From assembly GCF_009914755.1 (NCBI RefSeq), contig NC_060935.1: DNA of 64,000 bases; one strand, 5' to 3'. The DNA comes from the human T2T-CHM13v2.0 reference genome, Homo sapiens. The position numbers and the translations under genes are program-made. The first letter of the stretch is position 1. Each line of letters begins with the position of its first letter. Below the pieces are notes generated by a model, which was not told the origin of the DNA, did no database searches, and saw only the letters and a program-made list of their open reading frames with translations. Below, piece by piece: positions 53,301 through 64,000 of this stretch.

Positions 53301-56239
53301 GAGGATTTCGTTGGAAACGGGATAAACTTCCCAGAACTACACGAAAGCATTGTGAGAAACTTCTTTGTGATGTTTGCATTCAACTCACAGAGTTGAACCT
53401 TGCTTTCATAGTTCAGCTTTCAAACACTCTTTTTTAGAATCTGCAAGTGGATATTTGGACCACTTTGTGGCCTTCCTTCGAAACGCGTATATCTTCACAT
53501 CAAACTTAGACAGAAGCATTCTCAGAATGTTTCCTGTGATGACTGCATTCAACTCACAGAGGTGAACAATCCTGTTGATGGAGCAGTTTTGAAACTCTGT
53601 TTCTTTGGATTCTGCAAGTTGATATGTGGAACTCTGTGAAGATTTCGTTGGAAACGGGTTCATCTTCACAGAAAAACTAAACAGAAGCATTCTCAGAAAC
53701 TGCTTTGCGATGTTTGTGTTCCACTTCAAGAATTGAACTTTACTCTTGACAGAGCAGCTCTGAAACCCTCTTTTTCTAGAATCTGCAAGTGGACATTTGG
53801 AGGTCTTTGAGGCCTGTGGTGGAAAAGGAAAATCTTCACATAAAAACTAGATGGAAGCATTCTCAGAAACTACTTTGTGATGATTGCATTCGACTCACAG
53901 AGTTGAACATTCCTATAGATAGAGCAGGTTGTAAACAATCTTTTTGTAGAATCTGCGAGTGGAGATTTGGACTGCTTTGTGTCCTACTGTAGTAGAGGAA
54001 AGAACTTCATCTAAAAACCAAACGGAAGCATTCACAGACAATTCTTAGTGATCATTGCATTGAACTAACAGAGCTGAACATTCCTTTAGATGGCGCAGTT
54101 TCCAAACACACTTTCTGTAGAATCTGCAAGTAGATATTTGGACCTCTCTGAGGATTTCGTTGGAAACGGGATAAAATTCCCAGAACTACACGGAAGCATT
54201 CTGAGAAACTTCTTTGTGATGTTTGCATTCTACTCAGAGAGTTGAACCTTGCTTTCATAGTTCAGCTTTCAAACACTCTTTTTGTAGAATCTGCAAGTGG
54301 ATATTTGGACCACTTTGTGGCCTTCCTTCGAAACGGGTATATCTTCACATCAAACCTAGACAGAAGCATTCTCAGAATGTTTCCTGTGATGACTGCATTC
54401 AACTCACAGAGGTGAACAATCCTGCTGATGGAGCAGTTTTGAAACTCTCTTTCTTTGGATTCTGCAAGTGGGTATGTGGACCTCTGTGAAGATTTCGTTG
54501 GAAACGGGTTCATCTTCACAGAAAAACTAAACAGAAACATTCTCAGAAACTGCTTTCTGATGTTTGTGTTCCACTTCAGGAATTGAACTTTCCTCTTGAC
54601 AGAGCAGCTCTGAAATCCTCTTATTCAAGAATCTGCAAGTGGACATTTGTAGGGCTTTGAGGCCTGTGGTGGAAAAGGAAAATCTTCACATAAAAACTAG
54701 ATGGAAGCATTCTCAGAAACTCCTTTGTGATGATTGCATTCGACTCACAGAGTTGAACATTCCTATAGATAGAGCAGGTTGTAAACAATCTTTTTGTAGA
54801 ATCTGCGATTGGAGATTTGGACTGCTTTGAGGCCTACTGTAGTAAAGGAAATAACTTCATCTAAAAACCAAACGGAAGCATTCACAGATAATTCTTAGTG
54901 ATATTGGATTGAACTAACAGACCTGAACATTCCTTTAGATGGAGCAGTTTCCAAACACCCTTTCTGAAGAATCTGCAAGTGGATATTTGGACTTCTCTGA
55001 GGATTTCGTTGGAAACGGGATAAACTTCCCAGAACTACACGGAAGCATTCTGAGAAACTTCTTTGTGATGTTTGCATTCAACTCACAGAGTTGAACCTTG
55101 CTTTCATAGTTCAGCTTTCAAACACTCTTTTTGTAGAATCTGCAAGTGGATATTTGGACCACTTTGTGGCCTTCCTTCGAAACGGGTATATCCTCACATC
55201 AAACCTAGACAGAAGCATTCTCAGAATGTTTCCTGTGATGACTGCATTCAACTCACAGAGGTGAACAATCCTGCTGATGGAGCAGTTTTGAAACTCTCTT
55301 TCTTTGGATTCTGCAAGTGGATATGTGGACCTCTGTGAAGATTTCGTTGGAAACGGGTTCATCTTCACAGAAAAACTAAACAGGAGCATTCTCAGAAACT
55401 GCTTTGTGATGTTTGTGTTCCACTTCAAGAATTGAACTTTCCTCTTGACAGAGCAGCTCTGAAACCCTCTTTTTCTAGAATCTGCAAGTGGACATTTGGA
55501 GGGCTTTGAGGCCTGTGGTGGAAAAGGAAAATCTTCACATAAAAACTAGATGGAAGCATTCTCAGAAACTACTTTGTGATGATTGCATTCGACTCACAGA
55601 GTTGAACATTCCTATAGATAGAGCAGGTTGTAAACAATCTTTTTGTAGAATCTGCGATTGGAGATTTGGACTGCTTTGAGGCCTACTGTAGTAAAGGAAA
55701 TAACTTCATCTAAAAACCAAACGGAAGCATTCACAGACAATTCTTAGTGATCATTGCATTGAACTAACAGAGCTGAACATTCCTTTAGATGGCGCAGTTT
55801 CCAAAAACACTTTCTGTAGAATCTGCAAGTGGATATTTGGACCTCTCTGAGGATTTCGTTGGAAACGGGATAAACTTCCCAGAACTACACGGAAGCATTG
55901 TGAGAAACTTCTTTGTGATGTTTGCATTCAACTCACAGAGTTGAACCTTGCTTTCATAGTTCAGCTTTCAAACACTCTTTTTGTAGAATCTGCAAGTGGA
56001 TATTTGGACCACTTTGTGGCCTTCCTTCGAAACGGGTATATCTTCACATCAAACCTAGACAGAAGCATTCTCAGAATGTTTCCTGTGATGACTGCATTCA
56101 ACTCACAGAGGTGAACAATCCTGTTGATGGAGCACTTTTGAAACTCTCTTTCTTTGGATTCTGCAAGTTGATATGTGGACCTCTGTGAAGATTTCGTTGG
56201 AAACGGGTTCATCTTCACAGAAAAACTAAACAGAAGCAT

Positions 56240-59200
56240 TCTCAGAAACTGCTTTGTGATGTTTGTGTTCCACTTCAGGAATTGAACTTTCCTCTTGACA
56301 GAGCAGCTCTGAAACCCTCTTATTCTAGAATCTGCAAGTGGACATTTGGAGGGCTTTGAGGCTTCTGGTGGAAAAGGAAAATCTTCACATAAAAACTAGA
56401 TGGAAGCATTCTCAGAAACTACTTTGTGATGATTGCATTCGACTCACAGAGTTGAACATTCCTATAGATAGAGCAGGTTGTAAACAATCTTTTTGTAGAA
56501 TCTGCGATTGGAGATTTGGACTGCTTTGAGGCCTACTGTAGTAAAGGAAATAACTTCATCTAAAAACCAAACGGAAGCATTCACAGACAATTCTTAGTGA
56601 TCATTGGATTGAACTAACAGAGCTGAACATTCCTTTAGATGGAGCAGTTTCCAAACACACTTTCTGTAGAATCTGCAAGTGGATATTTGGACCTCTCTGA
56701 GGATTTCGTTGGAAACGGGATAAACTTCCCAGAACTACACGGAAGCATTCTGAGAAACTTCTTTGTCATGTTTGCATTCAACTCACAGAGTTGAACCTTG
56801 CTTTCATAGTTCAGCTTTCAAACACTCTTTTTGTAGAATCTGCAAGTGGATATTTGGACCACTTTGTGGCCTTCCTTCGAAACGGGTATATCTTCCCATC
56901 AAACCTAGACAGAAGCATTCTCAGAATGTTTCCTGTGATGACTGCATTCAACTCACAGAGGTGAACAATCCTGCTGATGGAGCAGTTTTGAAACTCTCTT
57001 TCTTTGGATTCTGCAAGTGGATATGTGGACCTCTGTGAAGATTTCGTTGGAAACGGGTTCATCTTCACAGAAAAACTAAACAGGAGCATTCTCAGAAACT
57101 GCTTTGTGATGTTTGTGTTCCACTTCAAGAATTGAACTTTCCTCTTGACAGAGCAGCTCTGAAACCCTCTTTTTCTAGAATCTGCAAGTGTACATTTGGA
57201 GGGCTTTGAGGCCTGTGGTGGAAAAGGAAAATCTTCACATAAAAACTAGATGGAAGCATTCTCAGAAACTACTTTGTGATGATTGCATTCGACTCACAGA
57301 GTTGAACATTCCTATAGATAGAGCAGGTTGTAAACAATCTTTTTGTAGAATCTGCGATTGGAGATTTGGACTGCTTTGAGGCCTACTGTAGTAAAGGAAA
57401 TAACTTCATCTAAAAACCAAACGGAAGCATTCACAGAAAATTCTTAGTGATCATTGCATTGAACTAACAGAGCTGAACATTCCTTTAGATGGAGCAGTTT
57501 CCAAACCCACTTTCTGTAGAATCTGCAAGTGGATATTTGGACTTCTCTGAGGATTTCGTTGGAAACGGGATAAACTTCCCAGAACTACACGGAAGCATTC
57601 TGAGAAACTTCTTTGTGATGTTTGCATTCAACTCACAGAGTTGAACCTTGCTTTCATAGTTCAGCTTTCAAACACTCTTTTTGTAGAATGTGCAAGTGGA
57701 TATTTGGACCACTTTGTGGCCTTCCTTCGAAACGGGTATATCTTCACATCAAACCTAGACAGAAGCATTCTCAGAATGTTTCCTGTGATGACTGCATTCA
57801 ACTCACAGAGGTGAACAATCCTGCTGATGGAGCAGTTTTGAAACTCTCTTTCTTTGGATTCTACAAGTGGATATGTGGACCTCTGTGAAGATTTCTTTGG
57901 AAACGGGTTCATCTTCACAGAAAAACTAAACAGAAGCATTCTCAGAAACTGCTTTGTGATGTTTGTGTTCCACTTCAGGAATTGAACTTTCCTCTTGACA
58001 GAGCAGCTCTGAAACCCTCTTATTCTAGAATCTGCAAGTGGACATTTGGAGGGCTTTGAGGCCTGTGGTGGAAAAGGAAAATCTTCACATAAAAACTAGA
58101 TGGAAGCATTCTCAGAAACTACTTTGTGATGATTGCATTCGACTCACAGAGTTGAACATTCCTATAGATAGAGCAGGTTGTAAACAATCTTTTTGTAGAA
58201 TCTGCGATTGGAGATTTGGACTGCTTTGAGGCCTACTGTCGTAAAGGAAATAACTTCATCTAAAAACCAAACGGAAGCATTCACAGACAATTCTTAGTGA
58301 TCATTGGATTGAACTAACAGAGCTGAACATTCCTTTAGATGGAGCAGTTTCCAAACCCACTTTCTGTAGAATCTGCAAGTGGATATTTGGACTTCTCTGA
58401 GGATTTCGTTGGAAACGGGATAAACTTCCCAGAACTACACGGAAGCATTCTGAGAAACTTCTTTGTGATGTTTGCATTCAACTCACAGAGTTGAACCTTG
58501 CTTTCATAGTTCAGCTTTCAAACACTCTTTTTGTAGAATCTGCAAGTGGATATTTGGACCACTTTGTGGCCTTCCTTCGAAACGGGTATATCTTCACATC
58601 AAACCTAGACAGAAGCATTCTCAGAATGTTTCCTGTGATGACTGCATTCAACTCACAGAGGTGAACAATCCTGCTGTTGGAGCAGTTTTGAAACTCTCTT
58701 TCTTTGGATTCTGCAAGTGGATATGTGGACCACTGTGAAGATTTCGTTGGAAACGGGTTCATCTTCACAGAAAAACTAAACAGAAGCATTCTCAGAAACT
58801 GCTTTGTGATGTTTGTGTTCCACTTCAGGAATTGAACTTTCCTCTTGACAGAGCAGCTCTGAAACCCTCTTATTCTAGAATCTGCAAGTGGACATTTGGA
58901 GGGCTTTGAGGCTTCTGGTGGAAAAGGAAAATCTTCACATAAAAACTAGATGGAAGCATTCTCAGAAACTACTTTGTGATGATTGCATTCGACTCACAGA
59001 GTTGAACATTCCTATAGATAGAGCAGGTTGTAAACAATCTTTTTGTAGAATCTGCGATTGGAGATTTGGACTGCTTTGAGGCCTACTGTAGTAAAGGAAA
59101 TAACTTCATCTAAAAACCAAACGGAAGCATTCACAGACAATTCTTAGTGATCATTGGATTGAACTAACAGAGCTGAACATTCCTTTAGATGGAGCAGTTT

Positions 59201-61330
59201 CCAAACACACTTTCTGTAGAATCTGCAAGTGGATATTTGGACCTCTCTGAGGATTTCGTTGGAAACGGGATAAACTTCCCAGAACTACACGGAAGCATTC
59301 TGAGAAACTTCTTTGTCATGTTTGCATTCAACTCACAGAGTTGAACCTTGCTTTCATAGTTCAGCTTTCAAACACTCTTTTTGTAGAATCTGCAAGTGGA
59401 TATTTGGACCACTTTGTGGCCTTCCTTCGAAACGGGTATATCTTCCCATCAAACCTAGACAGAAGCATTCTCAGAATGTTTCCTGTGATGACTGCATTCA
59501 ACTCACAGAGGTGAACAATCCTGCTGATGGAGCAGTTTTGAAACTCTCTTTCTTTGGATTCTGCAAGTGGATATGTGGACCTCTGTGAAGATTTCGTTGG
59601 AAACGGGTTCATCTTCACAGAAAAACTAAACAGGAGCATTCTCAGAAACTGCTTTGTGATGTTTGTGTTCCACTTCAAGAATTGAACTTTCCTCTTGACA
59701 GAGCAGCTCTGAAACCCTCTTTTTCTAGAATCTGCAAGTGTACATTTGGAGGGCTTTGAGGCCTGTGGTGGAAAAGGAAAATCTTCACATAAAAACTAGA
59801 TGGAAGCATTCTCAGAAACTACTTTGTGATGATTGCATTCGACTCACAGAGTTGAACATTCCTATAGATAGAGCAGGTTGTAAACAATCTTTTTGTAGAA
59901 TCTGCGATTGGAGATTTGGACTGCTTTGAGGCCTACTGTAGTAAAGGAAATAACTTCATCTAAAAACCAAACGGAAGCATTCACAGACAATTCTTAGTGA
60001 TCATTGCATTGAACTAACAGAGCTGAACATTCCTTTAGATGGAGCAGTTTCCAAACCCACTTTCTGTAGAATCTGCAAGTGGATATTTGGACTTCTCTGA
60101 GGATTTCGTTGGAAACGGGATAAACTTCCCAGAACTACACGGAAGCATTCTGAGAAACTTCTTTGTGATGTTTGCATTCAACTCACAGAGTTGAAACTTG
60201 CTTTCATAGTTCAGCTTTCAAACACTCTTTTTGTAGAATGTGCAAGTGGATATTTGGACCACTTTGTGGCCTTCCTTCGAAACGGGTATATCTTCACATC
60301 AAACCTAGACAGAAGCATTCTCAGAATGTTTCCTGTGATGACTGCATTCAACTCACAGAGGTGAACAATCCTGCTGATGGAGCAGTTTTGAAACTCTCTT
60401 TCTTTGGATTCTACAAGTGGATATGTGGACCTCTGTGAAGATTTCTTTGGAAACGGGTTCATCTTCACAGAAAAACTAAACAGAAGCATTCTCAGAAACT
60501 GCTTTGTGATGTTTGTGTTCCACTTCAGGAATTGAACTTTCCTCTTGACAGAGCAGCTCTGAAACCCTCTTATTCTAGAATCTGCAAGTGGACATTTGGA
60601 GGGCTTTGAGGCCTGTGGTGGAAAAGGAAAATCTTCACATAAAAACTAGATGGAAGCATTCTCAGAAACTACTTTGTGATGATTGCATTCGACTCACAGA
60701 GTTGAACATTCCTATAGATAGAGCAGGTTGTAAACAATCTTTTTGTAGAATCTGCGATTGGAGATTTGGACTGCTTTGAGGCCTACTGTCGTAAAGGAAA
60801 TAACTTCATCTAAAAACCAAACGGAAGCATTCACAGACAATTCTTAGTGATCATTGGATTGAACTAACAGAGCTGAACATTCCTTTAGATGGAGCAGTTT
60901 CCAAACCCACTTTCTGTAGAATCTGCAAGTGGATATTTGGACTTCTCTGAGGATTTCGTTGGAAACGGGATAAACTTCCCAGAACTACACGGAAGCATTC
61001 TGAGAAACTTCTTTGTGATGTTTGCATTCAACTCACAGAGTTGAACCTTGCTTTCATAGTTCAGCTTTCAAACACTCTTTTTGTAGAATCTGCAAGTGGA
61101 TATTTGGACCACTTTGTGGCCTTCCTTCGAAACGGGTATATCTTCACATCAAACCTAGACAGAAGCATTCTCAGAATGTTTCCTGTGATGACTGCATTCA
61201 ACTCACAGAGGTGAACAATCCTGCTGTTGGAGCAGTTTTGAAACTCTCTTTCTTTGGATTCTGCAAGTGGATATGTGGACCACTGTGAAGATTTCGTTGG
61301 AAACGGGTTCATCTTCACAGAAAAACTAAA
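56240..61330 (+). repeat. Near-identical 3-HOR (2550 bp) tandem duplication
   Basis: GCTTCTGGTGG at 56361/58911, TTGTCATG at ~56763/59313, TTTCTTTGG box at 57892/60442 and CACTGTG at 58731/61281. Confidence 0.85.
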
Positions 61331-64000
61331 CAGGAGCATTCTCAGAAACTGCTTTGTGATGTTTGTGTTCCACTTCAAGAATTGAACTTTCCTCTTGAGA
61401 GAGCAGCTCTGAAACCCTCTTTTTCTAGAATCTGCAAGTGGACATTTGGAGCGCTTTGAGGCCTGTGGTGGAAAAGGAAAATCTTCACATAAAAACTAGA
61501 TGGAAGCATTCTCAGAAACTACTTTGTGATGATTGCATTCGACTCACAGAGTTGAACATTCCTTTAGATAGAGCAGGTTGTAAACAATCTTTTTGTAGAA
61601 TCTGCGATTGGAGATTTGGACTGCTTTGAGGCCTACTGTAGAAAAGGAAGTAACTTCATCTAAAAACCAAACGGAAGCATTCACAGACAATTCTTAGTGA
61701 TCATTGCATTGAACTAACAGAGCTGAACATTCCTTTAGATGGAGCAGTTTCCAAACACACTTTCTGTAGAATCTGCAAGTGGATATTTGGACTTCTCTGA
61801 GGATTTCGTTGGAAACGGGATAAACTTCCCAGAACTACACGGAAGCATTCTGAGAAATTTCTTTGTGATGTTTGCATTCAACTCACAGAGTTGAACCTTG
61901 CTTTCATAGTTCAGCTTTCAAACACTCTTTTTGTAGAATCTGCAAGTGGATATTTGGACCACTTTGTGGCCTTCCTTCGAAACGGGTATATCTTCACATC
62001 AAACCTAGACAGAAGCCTTCTCAGAATGTTTCCTGTGATGACTGCATTCAACTCACAGAGGTGAACAATCCTGTTGATGGAGCAGTTTTGAAACTCTCTT
62101 TCTTTGGATTCTGCAAGTTGATATGTGGACCTCTGTGAAGATTTCGTTGGAAACGGGTTCATCTTCACAGAAAAACTAAACAGAAGCATTCTCAGAAACT
62201 GCTTTGTGATGTTTGTGTTCCACTTCAAGAATTGAACTTTCCTCTTGACGGAGCAGCTCTGAAACCCTCTTTTTCTAGAATCTGCAAGTGGACATTTGGA
62301 GGGCTTTGAGGTCTGTGGTGGAAAAGGAAAATCTTCACATAAAAACTAGATGGAAGCATTCTCAGAAACTACTTTGTGATGATTGCATTCGACCCACAGA
62401 GTTGAACATTCCTATAGATAGAGCAGGTTGTAAACAATCTTTTGTAGAATCTGCGATTGGAGATTTGGACTGCTTTGAGGCCTACTATAGTAAAGGAAAT
62501 AACTTCATCTAAAAACCAAACGGAAGCATTCACAGACAATACTTAGTGATCATTGGATTGAACTAACAGAGCTGAACATTCCCTTAGATGGCACAGTTTC
62601 CAAACCCACTTTCTGTAGAATCTGCAAGTGGATATTTGGACCTCTCTGAGGATTTCGTTGGAAACGGGATAAACTTCCCAGAACTACACGGAAGCATTCT
62701 GAGAAACTTCTTTGTGATGTTTGCATTCAACTCACAGAGTTGAACCTTGCTTTCATAGTTCAGCTTTCAAACACTCTTTTTGTAGAATCTGCAAGTGGAT
62801 ATTTGGACCACTTTGTGGCCTTCCTTCGAAACGGGTATATCTTCACATCAAACCTAGACAGAAGCATTCTCAGAATGTTTCCTGTGATGACTGCATTCAA
62901 CTCACAGAGATGAACAATCCTGCTGATGGAGCAGTTTTGAAACTCTCTTTCTTTGGATTCTGCAAGTGGATATGTGGACCTCTGTGAAGATTTCGTTGGA
63001 AACGGGTTCATCTTCACAGAAAAACTAAACAGAAGCATTCTCAGAAACTGCTTTGTGATGTTTGTGTTCCACTTGAGGAATTGAACTTTCCTCTTGACAG
63101 AGCAGCTCTGAAACCCTCTTATTCTAGAATCTGCAAGTGGACATTTGGAGGGCTTTGAGGTCTGTGGTGGAAAAGGAAAATCTTCACATAAAAACTAGAT
63201 GGAAGCATTCTCAGAAACTACTTTGTGATGATTGCATTCGACCCACAGAGTTGAACATTCCTATAGATAGAGCAGGTTGTAAACAATCTTTTGTAGAATC
63301 TGCGATTGGAGATTTGGACTGCTTTGAGGCCTACTATAGTAAAGGAAATAACTTCATCTAAAAACCAAACGGAAGCATTCACAGACAATACTTAGTGATC
63401 ATTGGATTGAACTAACAGAGCTGAACATTCCCTTAGATGTCGCAGTTTCCAAACACACTTTCTGTAGAATCTGCAAGTGGATATTTGGACCTCTCTGAGG
63501 ATTTCGTTGGAAACGGGATAAACTTCCCAGAACTACACGGAAGAATTCTGAGAAACTTCTTTGTGATGTTTGCATTCAACTCACAGAGTTGAACCTTGCT
63601 TTCATAGTTCAGCTTTCAAACACTCTTTTTGTAGAATCTGCATGTTGATATTTGGACCACTTTGTGGCCTTCCTTCGAAACGGGTATATCTTCACATCAA
63701 ACCTAGACAGAAGCATTCTCAGAATGTTTCCTGTGATGACTGCATTCAACTCACAGAGGTGAACAATCCTGCTGATGGAGCAGTTTTGAAATTCTCTTTC
63801 TTTGGATTCTGCAAGTGGATATGTGGACCTCTATGAAGATTTCGTTGGAAACGGGTTCATCTTCACAGAAAAACTAAACAGAAGCATTCTCAGAAACTGC
63901 TTTGTGATGTTTGTGTTCCACTTCAGGAATTGAACTTTCCTCTTGACAGAGCAGCTCTGAAACCCTCTTATTCTAGAATCTGCAAGTGGACATTTGAAGG

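Larger units (their letters stand above)
1..64000 (+). repeat. D11Z1: Alpha-satellite higher-order repeat array, 5-mer ~850 bp, ~75.5 copies; SF3 pentameric type, most likely human chr11 D11Z1 (S3C11H1L)
   Basis: The alphoid motif GAAGCATTCTCAGAAACT..TTTGTGATG recurs every ~170 bp, and near-identical sequence recurs every 849-850 bp (ORF-track starts 1542, 2392, 4091, ... 63570). Most units have one XbaI site TCTAGA (e.g. 415, 1944). CENP-B boxes are present. An 850-bp XbaI pentamer is the established hallmark of D11Z1. The chromosome assignment is from recognition, not alignment. Confidence 0.95.

Noticed and set aside
13-63836. Recurrent 60-148 aa ORFs on both strands (MHSTHRVEPC..., MLLFSFSVK..., MDIWRALRP...)
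   Set aside because: They are translations of satellite monomers. Many start at TTG/GTG, they overlap on opposite strands, SNVs and indels freely break or extend them, and they show no recognisable domain.
1-64000. CRISPR-like repeat-spacer periodicity
   Set aside because: The intervening sequences are homologous, repeated monomers rather than unique spacers. There are no cas genes, and the DNA is primate alphoid.
1-64000. L1/Alu insertion or inversion within the array
   Set aside because: The 849-850 bp phase holds throughout except for one 680-bp unit. I saw no poly-A tail, target-site duplication, foreign sequence or strand switch.
1-64000. Other SF3 arrays (DXZ1 12-mer, D17Z1 16-mer, chr1 11-mer)
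   Set aside because: The near-identical period is 5 monomers, not 11, 12 or 16.
1-64000. Assignment of this window to the kinetochore/CENP-A (CDR) domain
   Set aside because: That domain is epigenetically defined and cannot be read from sequence alone.

Overview
The whole 64 kb window is one uninterrupted, same-orientation array of primate centromeric alpha-satellite. It is organised as a ~850-bp pentameric higher-order repeat (HOR) of five 168-171 bp monomers, with about 75.5 copies. Most copies carry one XbaI site, and the monomers follow a B-B-B-A-A box pattern. This matches suprachromosomal family 3 and most likely the active human chromosome 11 array D11Z1 (S3C11H1L). I see no genes, RNA genes, transposon insertions, inversions or CRISPR arrays, and all listed ORFs are repeat artefacts. 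The informative structure lies in the variation between copies: (1) a single 4-monomer deletion HOR with point mutations flanking its junction; (2) nested 'HORs of HORs' with 2-, 3-, 4- and 5-HOR periods, clearest at 12.6-34.6 kb and marked by an EcoRI variant; (3) dispersed duplications and short conversion-like tracts; (4) patches of more diverged copies; and (5) a regionally patterned loss of CENP-B boxes. I found no previously undescribed coding or RNA system. All counts are by eye.
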